DNA of 64,000 bases. Origin: Catajapyx aquilonaris. Its lineage: Eukaryota. A program made the position numbers and the translations under genes. The notes below the pieces were generated by a model that worked only from the letters and a program-made list of their open reading frames with translations, was not told the DNA's origin and ran no database searches. This document shows, piece by piece, positions 23,901-38,737 of the stretch; within the stretch, counting starts at the first letter, position 1, and every line of letters begins with the position of its first letter. The stretch is taken from positions 1 to 64,000 of the forward strand of contig KZ538341.1 of assembly GCA_000934665.2 (NCBI GenBank), read 5' to 3'.

Positions 23901-26900
23901 TCAGGGATATTAAAAGAGGAAATATATTTAGTGTTGTAGCGACATTTCGTAATTGCTGGCTGCTCCACAGCTAGATATATGTTCTAAATATGTAGCTGAA
24001 TTATGGGCACTGGAGATGGCTATAAAAATAACCTGGTGTTCCACCTCTCAGTGTATATCTGCATCATTTAATTTTGGATCAGTCGAGCAAGCAACTTTTT
24101 GGAAATCTGGTGCTCAATGGTGAGTCCGAAACCATATTGTATAATTTATTACGTGTTGTGGGATCGCATTTGAGCGATAGGTTTAATTTGTTGTCCAGCG
24201 GGATGTTATGTATTTTGCGCGCTGACGGTTGTTATCCCCCTAGATTTTGCAGGCTGCCAGAGAATCGCGGCTTGTTTCGCGAAAACGCTTTTGACGAAGA
24301 GAAACATAGCCGCGCCAGTGAAATGTAATCACGGGCCATTTCACTCCCAACTACCTCGTGTGCATTTGGATTGGCGCAGGGGAGGGTCCGTAAAACAAAA
24401 TGGCCATCCGAAAAACGGCAATAAATGTAATATGCGGAAAGAGCTTGGGGGTTGCAGTGGAGCAAGAGATGGGGGAGTTGGGCGGGGGGGGGATTGTGAA
24501 GTAAAGCATGTGCCCATGACCGAAAGGAGCTTTCTGCATACCTCCGTTTGAGGGACGAGCTTGCATCACGAGTAGACATTGACGTGACGCCGGCTTACCT
24601 CCACTCATTACGGCCAGGTGTGCAGGAGGAGACGTAGTAATCTAGTAATGTCGTGTGATTGACGCAGGAAGAGGCTTACACTGATGTTACAGTCTTGCGT
24701 GAAATTTTTACACGAAACTGCTGGAGAGAAATGCCAGCACGGATTTGTCTCCGATGATACAGAATTGGCATGAGTTTGTCTCTGTTTGTCCGGGGTGAGT
24801 CAACTTTGTAGTACCACTACCCCTCACAAGTTCCCGAGTGTGGCAGTAGTCGAGAGGGTGGAGGGGTGGGGTACTACATGCTCAGTTTTGCCCAGTTTTG
24901 TACGAAGCCACTTTTTACACTAATACACAACTGCACGATGAATCAGATTTTTAGGTTGAACTTGACATTTAGAGCTGAGAACAATAGGAACCTTCCTATG
25001 CGCCTCGAGGAAAAAGAGAAAGGTCTTAAATTTTTCAATTACCGAACACACATGCGTCCTAATAGCTAATTTGTTGCTCGTGAAGTGATTAAGATTTAGA
25101 CGCTGATATATTCTTGTGCTGAGCTGGCTTGCCAACTGGGCACTCATTTTATAGTCGTTCTTTGTTGAGAAATGTCAGTGCCCACGGTCTATTACTCTTG
25201 CAATGTAGGTATTAAGCACTGACCCGACTAGAGGTGAGTGGATAATGTTCCTAGAACTGCAAACATGTGATATCCTCACCTGCATCATGTTTTTCCTTAG
25301 TTTGTAGTACTCTAATGACGTCTTAAGACTCGACCGAGTTCATTGGAAAGCTGTTGATCTAATGCGAGTGTAATAGTGTTTTCAACTTACTGTACAGCAG
25401 AGACGAAACACATTTTTAGTGAACTCGTTAGATGTTTGCGACATGAACCTCTTCATCTTTTTGACCGCTGGAGCACTCCAGTTAAAAATTTGATCGCAAT
25501 CCGGGATGACTTAAGCCGAGGCATGCTTAATTATTTATAAGGGCATTACTTAAAAATGGGGCTATGAGGCTTTGAGACATGAATTTGTGCTTAGCTCTTA
25601 GCACATGCTAGTTTCAATATAAAGGACCTAGCTGCAGGGAAAGGTGCTCTATGGAGTATAAGGCGATTTGCCGGGAGCACATTTAGGCAGCAATCTAGCC
25701 CTCCCCCTGTTCATAGTATATATATGATATAACGTCAGTATAGGCCCAAATGTGTGCCATTTGGAGTCCCGGCCGCATAACCCGTCACGAAACCAGTGGA
25801 GCATTACAAGCCTCCTAAAAGCAGTTGTGGTTGTAAAATTTGGGTCCAAAGCGGCTGGTTCTTGATATAATGCTGCAGACTCCGCGGCCAAAGTCCTTGA
25901 AGGCAAGTTTCGTGGATAACTCTGGCCCACTGCCATGATTACCTTCTACCTGAAACAGACAGGCCCCAGATCCGACGTTGGATCTCCAAGGGTATATAAC
26001 ATGAACTTATGGGAGCAATATGGAGTGAAAATGCGGGGTGTATATGGAAAAAAAACGGCCCAATTCTCATGTGCACTGTATATAATCGTTAAATGTTGGG
26101 TTGTTAAGTTTTTAGACTGCTGCGAGTGCAGCTTGGCACAATTCCCTGAAAGCTGTGCGTAAACCCTCTCAATGTAATTGGGCAGCGACAATGCGACATG
26201 TTAGGACGAATGCGGTACTCTGTGCGCCATACAGTCATGTCTTTAGCATCTAACCCGTTCATAAAGGTCCGGTTACCTGTTGCACAAGTTAGATTCAGTC
26301 ATAAGGTCACTATAGTTGACGCAACCGGGTCAGCTATATACGATTTTTTTTACGAGCGCAACCGAGTGCGCATCGCAGTTAGCGCAGCGTGTACGGTTGG
26401 GATTATCAATAGAGCTGCGCGAGTGTGGGTGCGCGTTCGTAAAGAAAAATCATATTGGTAGGTTGTCCGTCAATTCTGCAGGAGTTCTGGCAGGACCAAT
26501 ATTCTTCCAGAGAGGTCATACCCAGCATAAGTGCGATCATGAAGTTAAAACCGACGAAGTGTATACTGTGGAAGTTGACTCGAGGCGCAGCGGGAAGATA
26601 GGTTGAGGAGTTTTGTTAACTCGCTGAAAACCTCAGGAAACACCTTGGAGCAATTAAACTATATAATTGAAGGCCGTCGTATTTGAGTGATAACATTGAC
26701 ATTCTGATAGTCATATGCATCATGTAGTGAAGAGCAGCTGTCAGGAATGACTGACACGGATGTGACCAAGTAGGAAACTATTCTGGAACGAATACTATGC
26801 ATTCATAAAAATAGGTTATCATTTCTGTTGTTAGGTTGCGTCAGAGCTGTAAAAAAGAAGGCACATAAGGTCTGAATTTTTCGCACGATATCTTTTCTCA

Positions 26901-29028
26901 TATGTTTTTTCCCCTAGCTCCCTTTTATCAACACAATGTGCCCACTTAGATTACTGCTGCGCCTAATAAGGAGAGGTGTAAACGAGAAGATGTCAAGGTC
27001 CTCTCGTACAATTGTCAGATGGAATCGATGTGATTGGTGCTGAAGGGAAACTTATTAATACAGTTTCTCTCCACAAATACCCAAAGTTTTAAGAGGTCCA
27101 CGACCCATATTCCCGTTTACTGACGTCACACCCGAAAATGGGGCCGTTTAAATTCTACGTCACTTAACTGTGCGGGGAGGGTTGGTCCTACTTTTTGCAT
27201 TCCGTAGAGTAGGGGGTCGGGGGGCTATCGACGTCATTCCATGGCCCACTTTCTCCCCCGAATTCAGTTTCTCCAATACCACTCTTCACGTCATAACCTA
27301 CGTCACTGGTGGCTTTGCTTTCCACCCCTATCCAGATGACGTCAGACCCCACCTCAAATGGTGAGGCCTCCACATTCATGCAATTAGCTCTCGGAGATGG
27401 TCCCAGTGTTATTTCCACACCCCACAAAAATAGAGAATATGCCTTCTCTTTTTTTTTAAAAAAATAAAAAATGATGAGCTGTATATGGCAGAGAAAAACC
27501 CAGCATGCAGCAGCCTAGCTGGAGGCCCCTACCCCTCCCTGCACCTAACTCCAGCCAGCAGCAGTTTGGCTGGGGTGCGGTCGATTCCATTCCGGCAGCC
27601 ATGCCGGGGTGTTTTTCCTGGGGTGGGAGATGGAGGGGGGGAGGGGAGATTGGTGTAACCTAGGCGACGGATAGGATGGGATAGGATAAGATAGGATGCA
27701 GGGGGATAGAGAGCACCTAAACCCTTATGCTGGCCATTCTTCATACAGGAAACGGGGGAACAGTTAGGACTCCATCTTGGTTCATTACAGTCTTTGACCA
27801 TCAGGGGTGGCTGATTGCTGAATTTTATTTGAATGCGGATTGTTATAAGCCAATTTTCGCGGTATGATCCACATGGGACGGGTCTCACTCTTTCTCTCTC
27901 TCCAGGTTCGTAATTTATGTCTGGGACGCGCGGGGATGCTGTGGAGAGGATGAACCTTTTGGACGATTTTGGGTCGTATTTCTTGTCATTGATGAAATGG
28001 GGGGTTTGGGCTGGATCCGTCGCGTTTGAAGTTTGGCGGATTGCAGAAATAGTTTTGCGCATAATTGGACGGTGCATGTACGGAATACTGATGGGCATAG
28101 CATTGTTGTCGATATGAGCTGCACAATGCGGTCCATATATATTTTGCGCAGTTTGTCAGTACAGTTTTCTCATTTTCAAAAAGTTCCCTTTAGTGATCGC
28201 TGCACGCATCTTTAGCGCATATGTTGTTGCGTCATATAAAGAAGACATTTTGTATAGTGATGAATGACTTGGAACCTTACTGTAGACGTGTAATTAGCAG
28301 CAGTTGGCAGGGACACTGGCAGGGCAAGGAACAAGGGCTGCTTTGTTGGTAGATTGACAGAATAGGACTACAGAAACAAAAAAAAGAGAGAGATAAATTA
28401 TCTGTTGGCCTCAGAGAAATTGCCTGCAGGGTGTTCGAGACGTCAGCCCATATATAGAGAGTATTCACAGCCCAAATCCATTCCAAGTGTAGAAACAGCT
28501 AGTTGTAATCAACAGAAGTGATACTTACTGGCTGTTGTTATTACTATTTATAAAACATGTTGCTGAAGTGAACAGGCCGTAACTTTCTCTTGAACTTGGA
28601 ATTTGAGGTACACAAACGTCATGTCAGTGAACATTATATAAAATGTTCACCGACATGAAGTTTGTGTACGGTACACCTAAATCAAATGTGGTAATTACTG
28701 TATGTTGTAACATACAGTAATTACCGCATTTTTGACTAGCAGCAGGCATAATTACAATGTGCGAAGTACAGAAAATATCCTGCAAGGCGCACTTCCCGTC
28801 TGCCACAGTTGTTAAATGGGTCGAGTGATCAGCAGGATACTTTTCTACTTATGGAGCCGTTTAGGTTTATTAGGAAGGAGCCAAATCAACTATGACTATC
28901 TGGCTATAAGAAGACACAAAGGTGGGACAGATGGAAACAGAAACGAAAAGAAAAATGAAGAGAGGAATGACTGGTTTTATTCATATCTCTGACTTGATTT
29001 TTAAAAATTATGACAGTCATCACGACTG

Positions 29029-29167
29029 TCTCCTATCCCAAAGACCTGTCCGACTTGGGTGGCCCTACCAGTAGACGAAGCTACCACCGGCATAGTCCTT
29101 GGGGTCACGGCAGAAACTCAAGCCCCACCGCGACCATGCACGTCAAGGTAGAGACACCTTCGGGGGG
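29029..29167 (-). mobile_element. Isolated 5' end (5'-UTR) of an RTE-clade non-LTR retrotransposon
   Basis: Minus strand reads CCCCCCGAAGGTGTCTCTACCTTGACGTG..GGTGGGGCTTG..TGACCCCAAGGACTATGCCGGTGGTAGC..CTACTGGTAGGGCCACCCAAGTCGGACAGGTC. This matches the conserved 5' leader of RTE/Expander/BovB-type elements as I recall it. No ORF follows. Confidence 0.7.
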
Positions 29168-32053
29168 ACCTTAAATATAATCGCACGTCGTAATTAATAC
29201 TTCCATCAAAATTAATATTTACGTATTTTCTTCTTGTTAATATTGGCCAAGAGTCTTAATACGCCAGATTTTCGCCAATATGAATCTGGGACAGCCAGTA
29301 CATCGCCTGTAGTCCTTGGCGTAACAGTTTAGCCTAGATTCCAGATTTTTTTCTTCTTCTAAGAATCTAAGCTTTAATTTTAATTTTAAACTAAGCTCAA
29401 AAATTTCACCTCCACCCCTCTTATGCGCCTTTAATTTTCCGCCTTTGGCGAGGAAAAGTTCTTTCTAAAAAGCACTCCTTCACCGAAACCCCCCACTCCC
29501 AATCCCCCCCACCTGCCTCAGCTTCTGAGTAGTACTACTTCCATTTTGTATCTGCAATTAGCGCCAAGTTGGCAGAAGAGAGGATAATGGGGGAGGAAGA
29601 GTTAGTTGGGGAGGGAGCTTGGGAGGAGGGTAAAATTTGCACTGCAGCATCCTCCCATCTTTTCAGAGAGGCCCACACTGTGCTGGGAGATAGATCGATA
29701 AGGACAATGTTACACGAGTATTTTTCCCCTCCTCGTTTTTAAAATAGTATAGACTCTGTGTGCGTATACTGTTAGATGGTTTTTGGATGAGTGCACTACA
29801 CGATGGATGATTAGACCTACCCGTCAGATGGCAGGAGATTGGGGCAGGCAGATTTGCGCATCATTAATGCACACCCAGCCGAAAGTTCTCTCAATTAGCA
29901 AGGCTACCCCCCACCCCCAGTTCTTCCTCAGACTGTATGAATATCCCGTCAGGTGGGGAGTGTAAAAAGCGAAGATGAGCAGACTCCCACAAAAAGGTGA
30001 TGAGATTTGGCACTTTTTAAACCAAACCTGGCGTTTTATTACGTTTTTCGCCCTACTTACGCTCAGGGGTAATGGCGCTTTATGGAATTGGTTAAGGGCA
30101 GGTTCCCGTATAGTGATTTTTGGGTTTACTGTACAGGATAGTGGACTACCCATGTCGCCAGTTCAACAGGGGAGGTAAAGGGAAAAGTTATAGGATTCAT
30201 TTGCTCCAGCAACCAGTTTGAAGAGAAGCGGCTGTTTAAAAAAATGTAACTTGGTCAAGAATGATATATCTGAAGTACAGGGAACGGAACGTGATGGTGA
30301 GAAACACTGTAATGTTACCATTAGTCTTGTCGGATAATATCTGACTATTTGGAATGGCTCCACAAGCCGTGAAATATAAAAACCATGCCTTGGAAGCTTT
30401 GATGCAGCAATTTTTTACAACAAAAAAAGTGTGTCTGGTGTGCATTTCATTTTGATGAAAATGCTGAGGGAAGAAACATTTTTGCGCACTACAGTACTTG
30501 TTGATTAAAAATGCCATCCCCGTATGTTACAACTGTGTTAACAAGGAAATGATTATGGGAGAAAAACTGTTTGCGCAAAATTTGCTCTAGTGTGTACAGT
30601 ATCATGAAGCTGTTGGACGCTGCATTATTTTAAAATGCGACGAGATATTTTTTTTTTCCAGCCCTTTGCTTTGAAGAGTTGCTGTAATGTATATGGTTAT
30701 TGGCTAAAAGATTAAAACAGAGTATGAATCGATAAAATCTGCGGATGCGTCGTGAACTTAGTGAGCTCGTTGTTGCGTTCTTCGAAAGAATTTCTGCCAG
30801 AATATTTTGCATGGGGCAGTCCGGTGTATGTCCAGTGCTTGACCTGAAACCTATCCTTGAACCAGTTTCAGCCGACGTCACAATTTGGCGTCATTTCATG
30901 CAGTGTGACACTATTTTATTCTAGGCCTAGCTATTCAGTGGCAATTTAGTAGCAGGCAGGAAGCCTGTATGTATTTCATAATGGAGAGGGGTGTCGGTGG
31001 GGATGCCTGATTTATGCGGGGGGTAGATCCTTTGTCGGATTTTGGGACGACGTTCAGTACATGAGCCGAGGGGCATATCACGTCACAAGCAGGGGGGTAA
31101 TCAAATGACAGGCTGGAACATGATGGGGCGCATGGTGGTGGCGCCATAATCGTCGTACTATGGGGAATTGGTGCACCCCCCCCTGGTGAATGCTGGACGC
31201 GGGACACGGCCCCCCGGAACAATATTCCAAGTGGGTATTGTCCATTACCCCGTCCCCGTCCCGAAAAACAGGGGAGATAAATGGGGAGGATACCGAGGCG
31301 TGGACATGATGACCACAATCGCAGCTTGGACGGTGTTAGCGGATCTAATCGCAAACCTGGATCTAATTGCGAGGTGGCCAATAGTTTTAGGGTGGTTGGT
31401 GTGGCTTCATTTATTCTTTTGTCTTGGGTGTATGCTCGTACAGTCGCGAAAGGAGTAAAGGCTTCACATTGGAGTCGAAACAAACGTGTAAAATTGCGGA
31501 GTCATCCTGTATGGAGAATCCACCAGGCAGAAAATTGCATTGTTAGTTCGAGAACTTGGGGGGGCCCTTAAGGGAATTTCTTTTCTTCTTCTTCTTCTTG
31601 AAACTCAAAAAGTTCAGGATTAATTGCGTAGCGAAGCGATATATTTTTCTGTGTTGTTATGTTGACTCGACTGGCCTTTGAACAGGAGTCGGTGTTGTGT
31701 GAAAGATACCTGAAAATTACGCAGGTGTCTGGCTTAAAATTAATCCGCCTTGCGCACCCTTAACGACATTATTCTGCTTCGCTTCATAAAGGTCTCATTA
31801 TTGAAAAGGAAGCTTCTGAAATCTTCTGAAAATACCTCGGCGTGTATCGGTGTCTTAATAGAAAATTTTGCTCTAGACGCCATCAACCAAGTTTGCGGCA
31901 ATGCCCGTGATGAGTTACCATCGTACAAGTTTAACCTGTGAGCTATATGATGCTTTATAATGCTGAAGATTGGTAGGGGGAATGGACATTGAAAATGGAT
32001 TGAAACATTACACAAATAAGCTCTATTTACTCATTTACATTGCAAGTTTTGTG

Positions 32054-32173
32054 TCAATAGACAGATCTACGCATTATAAATAATTATATTGTTATAATAC
32101 TGTTTGCAATACCATCAATATACAGATCTACGCATAATAAATAATCATATTGTTATAATACTATTTGCAATAC
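32054..32173 (+). repeat. 61-bp tandem duplication
   Basis: TCAATA.ACAGATCTACGCAT.ATAAATAAT.ATATTGTTATAATACT.TTTGCAATAC occurs twice. Confidence 0.9.
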
Positions 32174-35100
32174 TACTTTATGTCTGAAATATTAACACAC
32201 GCAGAGAAAAATGCGTGTATATTTTTTTTTGAAGAAGAAACTTGCGAAAACTGTGGGGACCGCATGTTTATGGAAGCCGCTAATATTAGCTCACCTGCAC
32301 TTCCCAGACAAGAATAATCAGAGAGATCTTTCGTATTAATAGCCCCACATCTTTATCCTCGACGTTATGTAACTCGTGCTCGTCTTGCATGTGTGGATGC
32401 CTAACTTTCAGGCGTTGTGTTGGACACAGTGACAGGAACTATCTGAAGCATATTTTTTTTCAATGCATGCTGTGTGAATTAGCACTTAAAATTTTCAAAA
32501 TATTTGCTCTGTAATAGTAAGCGTAACCTGACACATTTGTTAGGCCCTTTGCTAACAATAATGATTTACCTCGGAAATGGGCGCACAAGTCATACAAATG
32601 AAGTTGTCTCCATTTTTTATTATCTTATGAATGCAACTCGACAAGGGCATTTGTTATTTTTCCTGTGGATACGCCAGACAGCCCTCGTCACTTAAATAAC
32701 TGCAGCAGGACATGCGAAATCATGCGACGTTAAGCATGCAACGCTAACTTAACGTCGTGGCATTTTGCTTTCAAGTTTTGCCCAGAAATCATGGCACAAG
32801 TCCACAAATCGAAAACAACCGCCCGTTTGTCTTTTTTGAGTCACCCAAAACGATAACTGCGCCCAAGGGAGGAAGAAAGGGAGGGGAAAAAAAGTTGGTA
32901 GTTGGAGCTGTAGTATATATGGGGGGAAATTGGAGTCGGGAAAAAGTCAGGCAACAATGGCTAAGTTCCAAAGAATGTGGTGGTCTGGAATTGGTCCAGT
33001 TAATCCTGGAGTTGCGGCAGGTTAGCTGTTAAAGAACTGTTTGGCCAGAATCCCAACTGGGTTTTTTTTTTGTTGTTGTTATCTGTGTGGTGCGAATATC
33101 TATTGAAAGATTAGTAGCTGACCCTTGGAAAACTTGGAGGCATTTAATTTTCTTTGAAGTCTCCTCTTATTCCTGTCAGTGCATCTTTATACACTCGCAG
33201 ATGTAGTAGCTGCCATGCTGCCAAAAAAATAACGGCTGATATCCGGTGAAAACTGTTCCCTGCAGGGTCATTCACACAAGATACTGGAATTGGAATGTCC
33301 CAGTGGCCAATCTTCATTGTTGATTTGTCGATTTCTTTAAATCTTACCTGCAGTGTGTATAGGATAAGCAGAGAGGGAATGGAAGCAAGGTCCAACATTT
33401 CCAAGCATTATTCACCTAATACCTGCATGTCTACAGATAGATTACACAGTCCCACTCTGATGAAAGTAATTTCTGGATCAACGATGCCCATTTCGTAATC
33501 GCCTTAATTGGATTCCGGTGCGAAATTGAATTTCCACATCCGCGAATCCGCGAATTTGCGATATAAACCGCAATCGTCGACAATGGCACCTTCACTTGCA
33601 GTGTATAAGACGGATGATATTTTGGCAGACTCGAAATGCAAACATTATTGTAAGTTCTCTTTCCCACTTTCTAGCTCTGCTCCTTCTATATCTAATGATC
33701 GGGAATTGTGATTGCAAAGGACGATTTTGACGTGGGTTAGAATAGGGGGAGAAATTTCATCTGATCGGGGAGGCATTGAGAAGGAAAAGGTCGGAAATTC
33801 CTTAGTAAGCTAGGGCGGATTCCGAGCTTTGACGGCGCCACTTTCGATCTCCGCCAATTGCCAACTGTGAATAATTGCACCCCACTCGTTTGATGATTTT
33901 TGAAGGGCCGACCCCTGCAGCTACAGCTTTTATTGACTTCGAATCAAGCTCTCTCGCAGCTTCCGTCGAAAGAAGGAGCGGGTTTCTCATGGTTGCTGCT
34001 TTGTCCATGTCGGATTTACTGGGCTTGGAATTTTCCATTTGAGTCGCAGAAGCTTAATGGAAGAAGAAAAAAAAAAGTGATATTACCGGAGATGGGCAGC
34101 GAGAAAAAAATGCCAATTTTAAAATGATATGCATGTACACCTCAAGTTACATGACACATTACTTCACTCCTTAGAGAGAACACTGGTGATTTTTTTTTGT
34201 GGCAGAGACGAACAGTTGGTGCGTAATTATGAGTTTTAAAATGGGTATTTTTTTGGTACTTCTAACAGGGGATGTTATATTGTAATGTACTACGACTCAA
34301 GCTAAATATTATTGTGTGCGAGGACTCGTTTTGTATATCCTGTGAGCACATTACTCACGCTGGAGGCATGTACTGCAGGTAGTAGCACTCACATAATATA
34401 TGCCAAATAACAAATGTCCGAAATAACATTTGGCACGAATATTTTTTTAAAGCATTAGTAACAAATCTGCTTTCTGCTGGATTCATAAGTTCGCGTAAGG
34501 GATCTCATGCTTCATTTGAGCCTCTTGTTTAACATGTCACGCACTGTCACTTAAACTTCATCACCTTTTCATGCAAAGTACGTTAGAGTCATGACAATTC
34601 CACTTGAACTGCTGTCTGGTTTTTTCCGCTGTAAAACTTTACGTGCCAGTTTATGACGTGAGGAAAGGTTGCAGTTAAAAATAGCTTCCAAATTCGGCCT
34701 GGTTCTCCGAAACTTTTTTTTTTGGGGGGGGGGGNGAGGGCTTGGTTTGACGACAGGAGACAGACTGATGTGTGAACGTAACGTCATAGATGACGCGACC
34801 ATAATATAACCAGTATCACAGCCTGTAACATCAATGCTATCTAAAATCGTGACGTACTTCACGCAGTGAAAATGCGGATTGGGATTAAAAATTAATTTGA
34901 GCTAATGCGACAAAAGTACTTGCGGAGTACATGCGACCCTATAATTCTGGCACGTTAACTACCTGAAATATTCAAGAGATTTCGTGAGACGGGATTATCA
35001 GTACCGAAAATGGTAAACAATGAGATTGTAATAGTCTGTTGGGTATATCGACTAATGTTACTGTACAACACACGTCATCATTCGGGTTCATCGCCACCGG

Positions 35101-36231
35101 TATTCAATTCAAATTGGTACCGCCATGTAAAGTTTGTGCAAGGAATTTCTTGAAACATGCATCGACTCTTCCTAGAAACGCAGTGCCGGTGGGTGTAATT
35201 TTAGCACCTGCAATGGTGCTGTATGAAATCCATTAATTAGGTTCCCATTAATTCATCAATTTGCAAGTTGATATAGGATACTAGGAAATTGTGACTTTGA
35301 GCCAGAATTTCGAATCTTACCTGGAACTACCTATATATGAAAACACGCATGTATAATAAATTATTCACCTATTTGTCTGCGAACAGGCGAGGTTCTGGCT
35401 GACAATTTGATGTTTAAATCACTGGGTGTTTCTCTCGCTCTAATTTAGCATGTAATGTGTATGTAGACTATTTTTTTTGTTACATGTTGTAAATATGCAT
35501 TCGAATTTACCCGCGAGGGAGTTAAAAATCAATTGCGTGCTTCATTCAATTTTCATGGGCCTTTACCATAAAACATGCACCGTCCCAGTGGTAGTACAGA
35601 CCCCCCAAAACTGGTCAGAATAGCCCCCTATGTGCATGCAGGGGGTGGTCCAGGATCGTCGATGGGATATATAGCCAACGGTTAAATCTTTAATCGCGTC
35701 ATGTCCCCAAAAGTCACACAGAGGGAGTCGTATACATGTGGGATGGAGACACACTGTTTTGACAACCATCAAAGTTTGAACCAGGTACACAAAAGGCTGG
35801 TTTTTTGCGCACATATTTAGCCTGCGTAATCGACTTAACGCAAGATGACAGCTATTATTCAGGAGTGAATAACACTTGCATGGCTCGTGTATACATATAG
35901 GGTCAAGTGTGCCATCAGTATTCAGGTTGGAAGGCCAGGCGGAAATTGGCCATGGAGTAACTGGTTCGTGGAAGTGGGTAGTTGTATGGAATAAAAATTG
36001 GGGGGAAAGAGGGGGGGGGGGGGCATTTGGGATACTATAGGAGCCCGATTAGTTTAAAATAAGATGGCAATTCGAGTGAGTGTGTACATACACTGATCGA
36101 CCAGTAGAAAATGAGCCCATTGAACATGTACTGTACGCATGACTCTATCTATAAGGATATATGCAGATAATTCAGTTTTACTTGAATTGTGATCGGATAA
36201 AATTATATATGATCGCATCATTAGCTAAATA

Positions 36232-36390
36232 CAGCCAGGCCCAGACTTACGTTTACAAGACGCTTCCGACGTAAAAAATTGATGAAATTTACATGCAAAA
36301 GTGTCGTGATTTCAGAATATCGTGTATGTGCCTTCGAGCTATACGTAAAATTCGACTGACGCATAATCTACGTAAGTAGGAGGCTAGCCG
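36232..36390. mobile_element. Degenerate pogo/Tigger-like MITE
   Basis: TA|CAGCCAGGCCCAGACTTACGT ... ACGTAAGTAGGAGGCTAGCCG|TA: imperfect TIRs and a TA target-site duplication. Confidence 0.5.
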
Positions 36391-38620
36391 TATTTTTTTA
36401 ATACATTTTTTTGTGTGTGCAAATTGTAAACTACAAGGTGGTTGCTATCAAACCGCAAACATCGTTAGGTTGATTTATAACGGCTAATCCAAGCATTTGA
36501 GAAAAAGTGTGAGGCTCATTCACGAATCTGGCAGATTCTCAAATGAGGCTTGCTCTCTTCTGGAGAAGTTTAATTAGCCCTCCAAAAGCGGACGTCTTTG
36601 TCACTTGCATGTCACGTTAAGCTCCTGTGATAGGAGGTTTGCTCGATTTTTTTTTTCATTTCCTTTTTTTTTTCTCCGACGGAGGACCGCTGAAAATGAA
36701 GTCATTATGAAGAAACTTTTGCGCGCTTCCGCCCTCCCCGTGGGACCTGACATGCACGCATTACCGTAATGAAATGAAATTCACCCTGATCCGCTAATGT
36801 GTCTTATCCGTTGGATACGTTCCGGATGCGTGTAATTGAGACAAATTCGGGCCGGAGAAAAGCGACAAAGTTGGGGCGGAGGAATATTTTCCATTCAACT
36901 TTCTTCATGGGTGCTCCGAGGGCTATTGGCAGCTGCGATGGCCTTCTGGAACTTATAAAATTAACTTTCTTCGATGACGTTTGTAGATTGAAGTTCTTCA
37001 AAGAAGGCGGGAAGTGATCGTCATTGGTTCAGGTCATCACGTGATAAGCGATGCTGTTTAACAGGTAAAATAATTGGCCAGTCACGTATCATCACATTTT
37101 TCTGTGAAAAGCAGATGCAGTGATGATTATTCAAGGGCATGGAAATAGTGACATTCGGTGACATACTGTAATGCAACGACGCAAAAAAAACCCATCTCAA
37201 AACACAAAAACTCGACAAATCCCCAGGAGGTTGATTACCACTGCAGTAATTTTTCTATTTTGATGGAGCAAGTTGAACAGCAGACTCATGTATGAAGTTA
37301 ACGGAGCGTATTGATTACTTATGACTTCCAATATTTTCATCTTCCACAAGGAAACTTACACTATAAAATTAAATTTAAAGCAGCCATTCTGAGCCGTTAA
37401 ATAGGAAACTGTATAATGAATAGAGTCTGATGCTGCACAGACTTACGTGACGGGAGTACTTAGGGGTTAATTAAGCCCAACTCTCTGTACTAACAGTGAA
37501 CAGCTGAAACAGTTCTCGTAAATTTCAATTAGTATTTTCCAAGAAGTAAATATTACTGCATTCGATGGATTCATACGTGGAAGGTTCGCCCTGTGTGTTT
37601 ACTGCTTTGAACCGAATGGTGGTCTGCCAAAATCTACAAAGGTTGGCCTGCGAGCAGAGAAATAAAGAGGTAATAAACACTAAAGTTATTTCGCACCAGT
37701 GTAGTTATGGACCGACAAACACACTCGTAAAAATCGACAACACAGCTTCTATACCTTACTCGGGTCCCCGCCAAGGGCCGTGTTTTTACTTTCAGCCCAG
37801 CCGACTTAATACCTTAAAACCCTAGAAAGCTGAAATCTTCTAGAGTGAAAAAAAACGTAACGTCTTTCTCTCTAGTTTTTTTTTTTGCTCAACCTTCTTT
37901 TCTCTAGCTCTCCCCCACTTTTTTTTTCCTCCCCCATTTTCGTTTTCATCTCGGTTGCTGCTTCATCCGACAGCGTCCATGGAGAGTTTCGTATTGATTT
38001 GCAGTAGCGCCAGTTGCAGGTCTTGCCTATCCTATACATTTTGTATATGTTGGAATAAGTTTACCTATACCGTTAAATCAGAAACAACATGCCTTCGTAA
38101 GTGACTTTGCCTTTGGTCAAACATATACGTTGTCTTCCAGAGTTCGCATTGTGTTACGAGAAAGGGCTTAAGTAGATCAGATTTGAAATGACAGGGCAGC
38201 CGACGACACACAAAAAAATATGCACGAGTTCCTTTTGGAATAGCAATAATTTTGGAGAATTTCTGAGCGAGTCTTTCAGAGTAGTCATTAAACATTCATG
38301 CTGCCCCTGCGCATGTTTTTAAGCGCCATTTGTGTGTATTTTTGCAGATCATGGGGGCCATCGCCGGAAGTGATTGCTTTCAATTGGCAAGCGCGATTGT
38401 AAACAAACGAGCAATAACACAATATTCACTTGGGCTGGAAACATGCATATAAATGAAACGGGGCATCTACGGCAAGGGAGAAATTCTGGCTCTCGCATTA
38501 CCATCGATTTTGATGGACCATCTTGACATTGCCCTTTATTTTTGATATGTTATTTTTGGTAGATCATTATTAACCACTGTAAGTGTGTGAATTGAAATCG
38601 TAGCGTTAGAGTGAAACCTC

Positions 38621-38737
38621 GATATATCGTTCTCCTGGATATATCGTTTCCCCCGATATATCGTTTTCCCGGATATGTCGTTTTCCCCGATGTATAGTTT
38701 TCCCCGCTGTATGGTTTTTCTGATGTATCGTTTTCCC
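38621..38737. repeat. 17-bp minisatellite (GATATATCGTTTTCCCC) x ~7
   Basis: Seen directly; explains the repetitive minus-strand ORFs at 38536-38768. Confidence 0.9.

Noticed and set aside
25650..26060. Possible decayed Tc1/mariner-type element (GGAGTATAAGGCG ... TATATGGAAAAAAAACGG)
   Set aside because: The ends are too degenerate to pair or to define a TSD.
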